Assembly (NCBI GenBank): GCA_965213705.1
Contig: OZ243913.1
Coordinates: 1,152,001 to 1,216,000 of the forward strand
Source of the DNA: Trueperaceae bacterium
GTDB taxonomy: Bacteria; Deinococcota; Deinococci; Deinococcales; Trueperaceae
DNA length: 64,000 nucleotides
Direction of reading: 5' to 3'
The position numbers were made by a program, and so were the translations under genes. Shown here in pieces: positions 32,116 through 40,540 of this stretch; the first letter of the stretch is position 1; each line of letters begins with the position of its first letter. The notes beneath the pieces are model-generated. The model ran no database searches. It had not been told where the DNA came from and saw only the letters and a list, made by a program, of their open reading frames with translations.

Positions 32116-33153
32116 TCACTCTTCCGGCAACCTAAAGTCCGGCGTTTCGCTGCCCGCTTCTTCCCGCTTTCCCCTAAACGAGGTGACTTCTCTAAACTCG
32201 TCTTTGGTGTCTGCGTAAAGAACTCTCACCAACGGATTTCCGAGTTTTGCAGACCACTCGAGCCTCAAGCTGTTCAGCCCCGGCACCACATACGCGGCGA
32301 CGTCCAGGTCGGTCGTGCCTGCAAAGTCCCCGACTTTTTGGTCGTTGATAAAAATAGCGATGGTATCGCCCCCCGTCACCACGCTGAGCAAGGTTTGTTT
32401 GTCGACCGAGCCGTAACTGGGTTTTGGGTCCGCGCTGTCGGGCGTTGTGGACGACAGGTCGGGCAGGGTAAAACTCAGGGTCTTTGACGTTGCTTCTCCC
32501 TCAGCGCCCAGAGCCGCATCAAAGGACAGCAGCTCACGGAACAAGTTAAGCTCTTCGGCGTAGTCGACGCTCAGCACGGCGCGCCCGACCGCGTCGCCCT
32601 CGAGCCTCAACTCGTTCTCGCCGGGCTTGACCAATCGGCTCAGGTCATAATCGAAACCGCCGGTAAACTCGCCGACAAATTGGTCGTTTATGTAAACGGC
32701 GAGCGGCTCCCCATTAATCTGCAAAATGTTGAGTAGAGTTTGCTCATCTCTGGAGCCGGGGCGCGGCATCTTTTCAGGCTCGAACATCCTAAAGCGTATT
32801 GTCTTGCTGTTTGCTCTTTTTAACTCCGCGCTTTTGACGTCGATTTGTGCTATTTCGGCAAAAGCCCCCGCCTCGGCGGCGTGGGACAAGTGCGCCTCGT
32901 AGAGCCTGCCCACGGGCGCGTCCCAGGACAGTTCAAAGGTGTTTTCGCCAGGGGTCAAGAGGTCGCTCACGTCCTGACGAACGTTGTCCTCGAAAGGTCC
33001 CAGTTTCTCACCGTTTAGGGTCACGTAGACCTCACCCCCTCTGGGGGCCATGTTGACGATAAGCAGCGTCTGTCCGTTGAAAGCAGCGTCGCCGGTCTGG
33101 GCGAGTGCCAGACCCACAAGGGCGAGCAAGAGGCAGAAAACGTGCTTGGGCAT
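32116..33153 (-). CDS. Secreted protein with three tandem ~100-aa beta-rich repeats
   Basis: Signal peptide (MPKHVFCLLLALVGLALA-Q); QTLL...N...G.F.....D....L/V.PG.N..L occurs three times; leaderless TAAACT-N6-ATG. Confidence 0.78.
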   Translation of the reverse strand: MPKHVFCLLLALVGLALAQTGDAAFNGQTLLIVNMAPRGGEVYVTLNGEKLGPFEDNVRQDVSDLLTPGENTFELSWDAPVGRLYEAHLSHAAEAGAFAEIAQIDVKSAELKRANSKTIRFRMFEPEKMPRPGSRDEQTLLNILQINGEPLAVYINDQFVGEFTGGFDYDLSRLVKPGENELRLEGDAVGRAVLSVDYAEELNLFRELLSFDAALGAEGEATSKTLSFTLPDLSSTTPDSADPKPSYGSVDKQTLLSVVTGGDTIAIFINDQKVGDFAGTTDLDVAAYVVPGLNSLRLEWSAKLGNPLVRVLYADTKDEFREVTSFRGKREEAGSETPDFRLPEE

Positions 33154-33200
33154 GGCGCGAGTTTAGCAAAAAAGTCGACAGCGAAGCTGACGCTCGGCTC

Positions 33201-33572
33201 TCAGGTGTCTACCTCAGCCGCGAGCCAGTTGAGATACGGCTGTTTGTCCCGTTCTCGCTTGGCTCGAGCGGCTTCGCCCTCTCCCAAGTCGGGGTGTTGC
33301 ATTTGCTCAGGATACTCGGCCCAGGCGAGAACGTCGCGGTAGTCCTCCTGAGCGGCGGCTAAATAGTGGCGCAGTTGCTCGAGGCTGCCGCCACTCAGTT
33401 TGAGCAGCCCGAGTCGGACGCGCTCGGGTTCACGCTGCCACGTCTCGTTGCCGTAGGCCTCGAGCAGAGCAAAAACCTGTGGCAACACCTCAACCGAAAA
33501 AAGCTGTTTTGCCTTTTTCTCGACGAGTGCCGTTAGTGCCCTAGTCCCACTCATTAAAAAGCACATCTCCAA
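33201..33572 (-). CDS. Hypothetical protein
   Basis: E.ERV.L..LKLS.G.L..L......A..DYRDVL.WAEY pattern; start codon uncertain. Confidence 0.65.
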   Translation of the reverse strand: MEMCFLMSGTRALTALVEKKAKQLFSVEVLPQVFALLEAYGNETWQREPERVRLGLLKLSGGSLEQLRHYLAAAQEDYRDVLAWAEYPEQMQHPDLGEGEAARAKRERDKQPYLNWLAAEVDT

Positions 33573-34020
33573 CTTTGTCGGGCGACCAGTGTCTGACGGT
33601 GCTGCGTTCTGTTTCGTCCAGCAAAGCCAGCACGTCGGCCTCAGCCGTCTTTATCAGGGTTTGGTTCAAGTAAGCTGCTGGCAGAGGGTGAAAGAACGCT
33701 TGGGCAAACGGCTCCGCCAACAGCGGCAGATCGAGAAACCGTTTGCTGAAGGGCGTCAACTCCCGAACAAACGCGAGCAAGGGCGTGTGGGCGTGGCGCA
33801 GCGCCCATACGCCTCCTTCGGGGCCAGCCAGGAGGGCGGCGTGATACGTGTCGTAGGTCAAGGTCTTGGCAGAGGTTTTACTCTCGCCGCGCCGCCAGAC
33901 CTCTTTGACCTCGAGGTCGCGTTCTCGGGCAGCTCCGTAGCAGGCAGCTTTGGAGACGCCGACCTCGACCCGCGTGTCGCCGTTCGTGACGCCCCTGGGC
34001 AGCCGAAAGAAGTCAATCAT
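33541..34020 (-). CDS. Hypothetical protein
   Basis: 159 aa, begins F.LPRGVT and ends W.P..VGD.LFN.WD; start overlaps the upstream stop. Confidence 0.7.
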   Translation of the reverse strand: MIDFFRLPRGVTNGDTRVEVGVSKAACYGAARERDLEVKEVWRRGESKTSAKTLTYDTYHAALLAGPEGGVWALRHAHTPLLAFVRELTPFSKRFLDLPLLAEPFAQAFFHPLPAAYLNQTLIKTAEADVLALLDETERSTVRHWSPDKVGDVLFNEWD

Positions 34021-34300
34021 GATCGAGGCGACGGGCGAGCTTCGCTAAACGCGTTTGGTAGGGCTCGGCAAGTTCGACTTCGGTCTCCGTCACCATGTAA
34101 AGGAGGTGATGGAGCGCCGCACCGGGCTCGTTATGCTGCACGTAGTCCGTCACGGTCGCTAAACCATCCTGCAAACCGGCCTGCGCCAAGGCGGTGCCGG
34201 GTTCGGGCTGCCCGCCAACTCGCCCAAACTCAAAGTTGACAAGCCCCTGAACATGGGCGGCCAAGCTGAGAAGTTCGTGCTCCACGTCGCTGGAATTCAT
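34013..34300 (-). CDS. Hypothetical small helical protein (immunity-like)
   Basis: 95 aa from ATG 34300 with V.DYV.HNE.G.AL.HL.YM..E motif. Confidence 0.6.
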   Translation of the reverse strand: MNSSDVEHELLSLAAHVQGLVNFEFGRVGGQPEPGTALAQAGLQDGLATVTDYVQHNEPGAALHHLLYMVTETEVELAEPYQTRLAKLARRLDHD

Positions 34301-34601
34301 CTTGATATTTCCACCCTCTGAGGTAGTCTTCAAAACTTATATCTTCATGTGCGTCGCCGCCAATCTCTCGGTAAGCGAACTCTTCGTCCGTCATCTGCTG
34401 CTCTGAGCGCACGTTGATGGTGTGACCCGTGTGCTCGGCCAGAAACTTTCAGAGCACTTTGTTCAGCCTTTCACGCCGCCACTGAGGCGTTGGCTCGTTG
34501 CCAGCGTGAAAGGCGTAGGGTCGACCCTTTTCACGCAGAGCTTTGCCCAGCCAAAGTAGTTGGCGGCAGTCGTGGCAAGTCAAGTAAGCGTAGATGCTCA
34601 T
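34230..34601 (-). pseudogene. CxxC-containing hypothetical gene interrupted by a nonsense codon
   Basis: ATG 34601 MSIYAYLTCHDCRQLLWLGK...LNKVL, then TGA at 34449-34451, then KFLAEHTGH...IGGD..EDISFEDYL.GW continues in the same frame. Confidence 0.7.
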
Positions 34602-34712
34602 GGGGCTGTGGGGTTCTCAGTGCCTGGAGAACTGGTAAGACGATAGCAACAAGTTGCCCCGGTGCTCGGCAAGGTAGGCAGTGACGCCGTTGCTGTACGC
34701 TTTTGAAATGGG

Positions 34713-35235
34713 ATGAGTCGTACTCCCGTTAGGGAGGCCCTGAGGCGGCTTGAGGTCGAACAGCTTATTGAAAACGTTCCCCGGAGAGGTCTGATAATGC
34801 CTGAAGTGACCCTCGAGGATCTTACAGAACTATTTTCGATACGCGAATACTTGGAGGGGTTGAGTGCGCGTCAGGCGAGTCGACAAATGTCCGAACCCGA
34901 ACTGATGATGCTCGAGCACACCGTCGAGCAAACCGAACAAGCTATGAAAAGCGGTAACACAGCCGAATTAGCCGCTGCCAGCACCGCGTTTCACCAGCGC
35001 ATTCGGTTGGGTGCTCGCAATACACGCCTACCCAAGCTTCCCTCTTTTCTTTACGACGCACACCGCTCGACCGGGTTGCACGAACTTGACCCAATCCGGC
35101 AAAAACAAGCCGTCGAGGAGCACCGTGCTATTTTCGAGGCAATACAAGTGGGCGACGAAGACCTGTGCCGAGCGGCAGATGCGCAGGCACATTCAAGCGG
35201 CACTTCAAAATCAAGTAAAAGTGCGTTTCGTCTAA
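34713..35235 (+). pseudogene. GntR/FCD regulator, 5'-truncated and frameshifted
   Basis: Starts inside the HTH (MSRTPVREALRRLE) with an in-frame stop just upstream; FCD FH..I and EH.AI motifs; a frameshift near 35167 restores AERQMRRHI. Confidence 0.8.
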
Positions 35236-35935
35236 CGAGTGACCTTGTGTTTGTGAACGGTAGAATTTTTCTCCTGGTCACAGCTCGAAGAACTCTGTGC
35301 TAGCTGTAAGGGGTGACAAAATACTTGCCGTGTGCAGTGAGAGCGAACTCCGACCCTACTCGCCCAAAAACCTGAGGTTGTAGACCTCAAGGGTGGTTTC
35401 CTTATGCCTGGGCTCCACGACAACCAGGTGCATTTGACGCGTCACGTTTTCAAGCTTGGTCAGCTCAAGTTAGATGACGCGCAGACGCGGGACGAAGCTC
35501 TATCGCTCATTGCAAATGAGGTTTGCAACCTGCCTATTGGTGAGTGGCTGCTGGGTGCCGGATTTGCGACCGCTCGTTTATGAAAAGAAAAATATCGTCA
35601 CGACCTCGACAAGGTTGCGCCCCACCACCCTGTCGCCTTTGAGTCGCAGGATCACCATAGTGCCTGGGTCAACACGCTCGCTCTACGCGCGCTAGATATT
35701 TCAAACAACACGCCAGAGCCTGAACACGGGGTTATCCTCCGCGAGGCGGATGGGCATCCCAGCGGCCTGCTGCTCGAACGTGCCAGGTATATGGTGCGCG
35801 ACGGGCTCGGCGCACCTAGGGTTGAAAAAATAGTTGAGGCACTCGACCGCGCTGCACTCGATCTTGCGCGTCACGGTATTACGACTGCCCACCACATGGT
35901 TGCTGAACCTAACCACTACTGGCGACAACTCGGGC
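35235..35935 (+). pseudogene. YtcJ-like amidohydrolase, degraded 5' part
   Basis: Fragments in shifting frames: (ACG)SDLVFVNGRIF, VVDLKGGFLMPGLHDNQVH, EWLLGAGF, DLDKVAPHHPV...DHHSAWVNTLAL, READGHPSGLLLE. Confidence 0.8.
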
Positions 35936-36187
35936 TGCGAGCTGTTTACTGAGGTAACCGCTGATGCGGGGGGACAGGTCATGAACATCACTCAGCAACC
36001 TTCCATAAAGCCGCACCGCACAGATTTGCACCGCGATGAACAGCCGGGCGTTTTGGCGATATCTACTTGCTTCAACCTTATCCGCTTCGGACAGTGTCCA
36101 GTCGCGCGCCATCTCCTCATCGGAGAAATCGCCGCGCACTTTTATCTTTTGGTAGCGGGGTCGCTTCAAGAATGTTTCTTGTGCCAT
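35909..36187 (-). pseudogene. tnpA: Tn3-family transposase N-terminal fragment (DUF4158-like)
   Basis: SDEEMARDWTLSEAD....RL.IAVQ.C..RL.GR.L pattern; divergent from a resolvase; truncated after about 83 codons. Confidence 0.75.
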
Positions 36188-36189
36188 AT

Positions 36190-36358
36190 CTGCCTCCTAC
36201 GAGCGGGTAAAGAAAACCTTCGTTTTCTTGCCTTCCATTTACTTCAGCTCGAATCATCCCAAAACAGGCTTGAGAAGGGTAAGATAGCCAGTTAAAAAAT
36301 CTACGTTAAAGAATAGTGGTTTGCGGATGAGTTTCTTTACAGCACAAAGGAGAGTGAG
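36190..36358. promoter_or_regulatory. Probable res site/divergent promoter region of the Tn3 remnant
   Basis: AT-rich spacer between divergent tnpA and tnpR with imperfect inverted repeats (AAGAAAAC CTTC GTTTTCTT). Confidence 0.45.
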
Positions 36359-36916
36359 ATGCTGATCGGCTACGCGCGCGTCTCAATGCAAGACCAGAAC
36401 CCAGACCTGCAGGAAGACGCGCTTTATAAGGCAGGGTGCAAAGAGGTTTATGTCGACAAAGTTACCGGCACCGCCGCGAGGCGGCCCGAACTAACGAAGG
36501 TAAAGGCCAGGCTGCGTGAAGGCGACACCCTCGTGGTCTGGCGGCTCGACCGCTCGGGTCGGTCGCTCAAAGACTTGATCAAGTGGGCAGCTTATTTAGA
36601 GAAAGAGGGGGTTGGCTTTAGGAGCTTGCAAGAATCCATCGACACCTCAACTCCTACCGGCACACTCGTGTTTCACATGTTCGCCGCCTTAGCCGAGTTC
36701 GAGCGCAACCTCATCATTGAACGCACGCAAGCCGGGCTGGCCGCGGCTAGAGCCAGGGGGCGTAGAGGTGGTAGGCGCAAAGCGCTTGATAAGAAGCAGC
36801 GGGCTAGGGCGGTCGAGCTGTACGAAAGCAAGGAGGTCTCAGTAAAGGAAATCTGTGAGCTGTTCTCGAGCTCCAAACCGACGCTGTACGGATACGTAAA
36901 AGAGGCTGGGGATTAG
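36359..36916 (+). CDS. tnpR: Serine recombinase (resolvase/invertase)
   Basis: IGYARVS...Q, RPEL, GDTLVVWRLDR.GRS, AEFER.LI.ERT..GL.AARARGR.GGR, C-terminal HTH. Confidence 0.92.
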   Translation: MLIGYARVSMQDQNPDLQEDALYKAGCKEVYVDKVTGTAARRPELTKVKARLREGDTLVVWRLDRSGRSLKDLIKWAAYLEKEGVGFRSLQESIDTSTPTGTLVFHMFAALAEFERNLIIERTQAGLAAARARGRRGGRRKALDKKQRARAVELYESKEVSVKEICELFSSSKPTLYGYVKEAGD

Positions 36917-36930
36917 TTGAGAGTCGCGTT

Positions 36931-37407
36931 TTACCCTGATTTAAGCTCTTCAGCTAAGCTGTCCCGGAAGCCTTTCCTGACCTTCTTGAGTAGATTAAGC
37001 AGTTGACGTTCCTCTTTGCTGCTCAGTCCTGTGTCCACCTGGTCGAAGTAGGCGTAGAGCCTCTTCGGAACTTCATCCTTGACGTTTGCACCGAGTTCGG
37101 TAGGGCGAATCAGAAATGCCCGCGCATCCTCAGGGCTTTGCTCACGCTCTAGCCAACCTTTTGCTTCTAACCGGCGAATCATACGCGAGACGTTGTGTTT
37201 ATCTTTTATCAGTAAACGCGTAATATCTTGTTGCGTTAAAACTTTTTCATTTCCCCAGACAATGCTCATGATCTGCCACTGCTCGGGCGTGAGACCGTAG
37301 TCCGCTAAAGCTCGAATGAGACCGTGACGGTAGAACGTGGCGACCCTATCCAGGTTGAACCCTAGGGCGTCATTCAGCGCTTCAGGAATTTTTTCTCTAG
37401 GCGTCAT
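36931..37407 (-). CDS. MarR family transcriptional regulator
   Basis: GLT.EQW, TQ.DI......VSR.I.RLE.KGW.ER....DAR pattern. Confidence 0.88.
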   Translation of the reverse strand: MTPREKIPEALNDALGFNLDRVATFYRHGLIRALADYGLTPEQWQIMSIVWGNEKVLTQQDITRLLIKDKHNVSRMIRRLEAKGWLEREQSPEDARAFLIRPTELGANVKDEVPKRLYAYFDQVDTGLSSKEERQLLNLLKKVRKGFRDSLAEELKSG

Positions 37408-37534
37408 GAGGAAAACCTTGTCTGAAGCTCGGTCCTGACATGGACGTGATTATAGGTCACCCGAGACTTGAGTAACTCGGGGAGAGGTACTTAAAGAAGC
37501 TAGCCTTGAAAGCCGATGCATTCCGAGTTTTGTA

Positions 37535-38033
37535 TTAGCGTGTCTTAGGCTCGTTCGCAAGGGATATAGCGGCGCAGAAAGCCGCTAAGAGGCTGAGGGA
37601 CACACGGAACCAGTGGATATTACTCCACGTTACCAAGTTCTCCTGCAACTGGTCGGCAGGCGGAGCTTGCCCAGCGAAGGTTGCATTCATGGGTAAAAAG
37701 TACACAACCGTTAATCCGAGCATCAACAAGAAGCTGGCTGCTGCAATTACGTTGAGTTGACGCTGTTTCGGCATGCGCCAGGTGATAACGAGGCCTTCCA
37801 AAGACGCAGGTTAAGGTGGGCAAAAGAATAGCTCCAAGCGTCTTGGGAATCAAAACGTTGAAGGGTCCGAACGCTGTGAAGAAGGCCTGAGGTGTCAGGT
37901 TTGTCCAATAGGGTACAAGCGTCAGCGCGACCATCAGCACGCAGCCCGCGAACATCGCTAGTCCGCAAACAGCAATTGCCTGAACGCTGACTCTCAGCGC
38001 CTGGGCAATTTCTCTTAAGGATAGTGTCTTCAC
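37535..38033 (-). pseudogene. DUF1772-like (anthrone oxygenase-like) membrane protein with a 1-nt frameshift
   Basis: ORF 37620-38033 (G..MFAG....VPYW..L....F) joins ORF 37535-37801 (T..YFLP.N....W...HW.R) through a single-base shift near 37800. Confidence 0.7.
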
Positions 38034-38500
38034 TGCGCCTCAACCGCCGAAATCCTAGCTCTACTGCGCCCTGAAAGCTTCATACCGTTATGGATGTTCA
38101 GACCCATAAGGCTGAGGTTGCTAGCTCCAGCTAAAAGCTCAATAACCTGGACAACGTAGAACTGTGGCCCAAAGTTGTCAGAAAGCGCTAAGTGACGTAG
38201 CCGCAGGGCTGTAGGCAGCAGTATGAACAGACCGGTGAGCGTTACAATAAGGCTGCGTCGCCATTCCCGCTTTAGCATTCGTCCGCTGCGCTTTAGAGCC
38301 ATCCTTTTACCGGATAATCCTGAAGCTGCGATAGTAGGAATTAGTAGGACTAAGCCTGGCAGAACGATGAGTCGTTTAACTCTCGTTATAGTCTCTAAAT
38401 TTCCGGAAACCTCGGTGAGAAGCGTTGCCGTAAAAAAGATGGCGATGAGCAGCGTGGCCAGTAAGCTGCTACCTCTATGTATCCACTTGAGCGTTGGCAT
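38030..38500 (-). CDS. Four-TM membrane protein
   Basis: IH......L.IA.FF..T..E, GL.LLIP......SG, ELLAGA.NL.LMGLNI..G.KL.G; SD GAGG. Confidence 0.75.
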   Translation of the reverse strand: MPTLKWIHRGSSLLATLLIAIFFTATLLTEVSGNLETITRVKRLIVLPGLVLLIPTIAASGLSGKRMALKRSGRMLKREWRRSLIVTLTGLFILLPTALRLRHLALSDNFGPQFYVVQVIELLAGASNLSLMGLNIHNGMKLSGRSRARISAVEAQ

Positions 38501-38516
38501 AATTTCTTACCTCATT

Positions 38517-38544
38517 CTATAAAGTTGTCATGACAATTTTATAG
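38517..38544. promoter_or_regulatory. 28-bp palindromic operator, likely MarR site
   Basis: CTATAAAGTTGTCATGACAATTTTATAG has one mismatched pair and lies 16 nt upstream of the 38500 start. Confidence 0.7.
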
Positions 38545-38671
38545 GGGAACTATATACCTGTGTGACCTAGCTTTGGGAACGAAAGCGGAAATTCGTCCTT
38601 GTTAAGTTTTTAACAAATAGCGCACTTTGCAAGCTCTAAGCATACATTACGCACGAATACGCCCTTACCAC

Positions 38672-38701
38672 TTGCAATACGCCGTAAGGCGTGCTTATAA
38701 T
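38672..38701 (+). promoter_or_regulatory. Sigma70-like promoter for the passenger transcript
   Basis: TTGCAA-18-TATAAT; TACGC repeats at 38648, 38658 and 38678; ACGCC-GTAA-GGCGT in the spacer. Confidence 0.65.
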
Positions 38702-38711
38702 GGCTGCGTGG

Positions 38712-38826
38712 CAAAAGCGAACCCCCTACCAAAATCCGTTGGTAAGGGGGCGCTTGAAAGTCTCTAGCCGATTGGGTACTTGTGATGTGAGAGTCCCGGG
38801 TACCCATCGGGATAAAAGTTGATTCA
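38712..38826 (-). ncRNA. Predicted antisense small RNA (~115 nt, two stem-loops)
   Basis: Minus-strand TTGACA-18-TAAAAT (38862-38833); hairpins at 38768-38810 and 38715-38755, the latter ending in UUUU on the minus strand (terminator-like). Confidence 0.5.
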
Positions 38827-38832
38827 GAGCCC

Positions 38833-38862
38833 ATTTTACAATTTGTGGTGTCTTTGTGTCAA
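38833..38862 (-). promoter_or_regulatory. Sigma70-like antisense promoter
   Basis: TTGACA (38862-38857), 18-nt spacer, TAAAAT (38838-38833). Confidence 0.65.
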
Positions 38863-38881
38863 CACGACGAAAGGACGCCTC

Positions 38882-39472
38882 ATGTTTAGAGGCAAAGTCG
38901 TTGTCAGGAATCTACCGCTAGACCTTGAGGGTCAAATAGAGGTAGAAGCCGAGACCAAGGAGCGCCTTGAGGACGCGACGGAAGCAGCTTTAAATGCTTT
39001 TGTGCGTATGAAGGCAAGGTACATTTCTCGAGGTACACATCGGGAACCCGAAACGCCCGAAACACCTCTTGAGGATGTAAGGAGACTAACCCCCCCGCAG
39101 ACACCACCAACTGCGGGGGGGGTGACCCCCCCGCAGGATGTTAAGGCTGGCGAACCTACCCGGTCTTTATCCTACGAAGGAGCGAAGACGATAGCCGATT
39201 TTGTTTACATAGCCTTAAAAGACCTTGGGGGTTTGTATGGCACAAATAAAGGGTACTCTAACAAGGAAATTCTCAACCACTTAGTCCTTACTGGCGGTGG
39301 CGAGGTAGTGCAAGGAACCAAGCGCCCTATCGGAGCGGTAGGTCAGGCAGTCCGAAACGATGACAGATTTGTTAGAGAAGAGGGTGACACTATGCTAACC
39401 GAGTGGATAGTTCAGCCTGAAACCTCTTCGGAACTCGTACATGTATCAGAGTCGTCAGGCTTTGAGTTTTGA
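38882..39472 (+). CDS. IS passenger protein with Pro-rich linker and C-terminal winged-helix (HARE-HTH-like) domain
   Basis: SD AAAGGA, ATG 38882; TIADFVY.AL......S.KEIL...AV..AVRNDDRFVR......LTEW resembles HARE-HTH/RNA polymerase delta N-terminal domains. Confidence 0.6.
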   Translation: MFRGKVVVRNLPLDLEGQIEVEAETKERLEDATEAALNAFVRMKARYISRGTHREPETPETPLEDVRRLTPPQTPPTAGGVTPPQDVKAGEPTRSLSYEGAKTIADFVYIALKDLGGLYGTNKGYSNKEILNHLVLTGGGEVVQGTKRPIGAVGQAVRNDDRFVREEGDTMLTEWIVQPETSSELVHVSESSGFEF

Positions 39473-39621
39473 GATGGTTTTTTGCGCCCGCTTTCTAACT
39501 TAGGCTCGTCAGGCCGCACGCGAAGGAATCGCTCTAGCGCCTCTTCAAAACTTAGGTCAAGCCCGAAGCTATCATCCTCTTCGGGCTTTTCCCTTTTGGG
39601 TGGTTTATGCTTCTTGCTCAT
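39412..39621 (-). CDS. Small ORF coupled to the transposase 3' end
   Basis: 69 aa with LDLSFEEALERFLRV.P.E; overlaps the tnp stop and, convergently, the passenger gene end. Confidence 0.5.
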   Translation of the reverse strand: MSKKHKPPKREKPEEDDSFGLDLSFEEALERFLRVRPDEPKLESGRKKPSQNSKPDDSDTCTSSEEVSG

Positions 39622-40534
39622 CAATCAGTGCCTTATAGGTGAGTCTACCTTCTACCTGATGTAACAGATGGTTAAAGGCTACCCCATTCTTTTCTTCACG
39701 GAGGTTATACCGGAATGAGAACTCGTCTAAGTACCGCTCTAAGTGCTTCACGCTTACGAAGTGGTAGATACCGATTATACCCCGCTTGAGAAGCGCCCAA
39801 AAGCCTTCTATGCTGTTGGTATGTACGTCGCCGCGCACGTACTCGCCATTGGCGTGTGAGATGCTTTCGTGCTGGTACAGGTAAGCCAAGTTCAGGTAAG
39901 AACGAAACTCGTCAGTCAAGACTCTCGAGCCTATAGCTACATGGTCAAGGATGTGTTTCTCTATCTCTTTGGCTTTCAAGCTGTTGAGATTTACGACGCG
40001 CACGTTCCCCTTACGCTCTAACATTCCGAGTACAGGTGTCTTGGTTTTGGTGTTGCGCCCTTGCGTGCCGGGGGTGCGCTTGCTGGCGTGCTTGTTCTTC
40101 TCTTTGCCGCCTATGTACGTTTCGTCAACTTCCACAGTGTCTTTCAAAGGCGCTGCAAACGACTTAGTTTTAGCAGCGTAGCGAAGGCGGTGAAGCATGA
40201 ACCATCCGGTCTTTTGGGTTACGCCTATGTCCTTAGCCAGTTGCACGCTCGAGATACCTTTGGAGTGCTGTGTGATGAGGTAAATCGCCGCAAACCACTT
40301 GCGAAGGCTTATCTTGGAATCTTCAAAGATAGTGCCGACACGAATAGAGAACCGCTTTTTACAAGCGGCACACTTGAAGGTTTTGCCGTTTGAGAAGTGA
40401 TAAATCTTGTCGTGATTGCAGTAGGGGCAGAACTCACCTTCACGCCAGCGGATTGACTTCATGTGGTCAATACACGCCTGTTCGGTAGGGAACGTTTCAA
40501 AGAGTTCGTAAAGGCTTTTGAACTGCTTAATCAT
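39605..40534 (-). CDS. IS1595 family DDE transposase
   Basis: Zn ribbon CPYC...CAAC, GTIFE.S.I.L.KWF, VEVDETYIGG, TDE, HTNSIEGFW, YLDEFSFRYN. Confidence 0.95.
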   Translation of the reverse strand: MIKQFKSLYELFETFPTEQACIDHMKSIRWREGEFCPYCNHDKIYHFSNGKTFKCAACKKRFSIRVGTIFEDSKISLRKWFAAIYLITQHSKGISSVQLAKDIGVTQKTGWFMLHRLRYAAKTKSFAAPLKDTVEVDETYIGGKEKNKHASKRTPGTQGRNTKTKTPVLGMLERKGNVRVVNLNSLKAKEIEKHILDHVAIGSRVLTDEFRSYLNLAYLYQHESISHANGEYVRGDVHTNSIEGFWALLKRGIIGIYHFVSVKHLERYLDEFSFRYNLREEKNGVAFNHLLHQVEGRLTYKALIDEQEA

Positions 40535-40540
40535 GCTCTG

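Noticed and set aside
34449..34451. Selenocysteine or programmed readthrough at the in-frame TGA
   Set aside because: The context (VL*KFL) suits Trp rather than Cys, no SECIS-like hairpin is evident, and other genes use TGA as stop.
30411..34601. Integron cassette array
   Set aside because: Genes overlap or abut, there are no repeated attC-like inverted sites, and no tyrosine integrase is in the window.
38708..38830. Known riboswitch (e.g. c-di-GMP-I) in the passenger leader
   Set aside because: Two hairpins are present but the conserved GNRA tetraloop/receptor and ligand-binding nucleotides are not recognisable; an Rfam scan is still needed.
38610..38834. 74-aa minus-strand ORF as a real gene
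   Set aside because: Its ATG lies inside the -10 box of the antisense promoter and it reads through a terminator-like hairpin.
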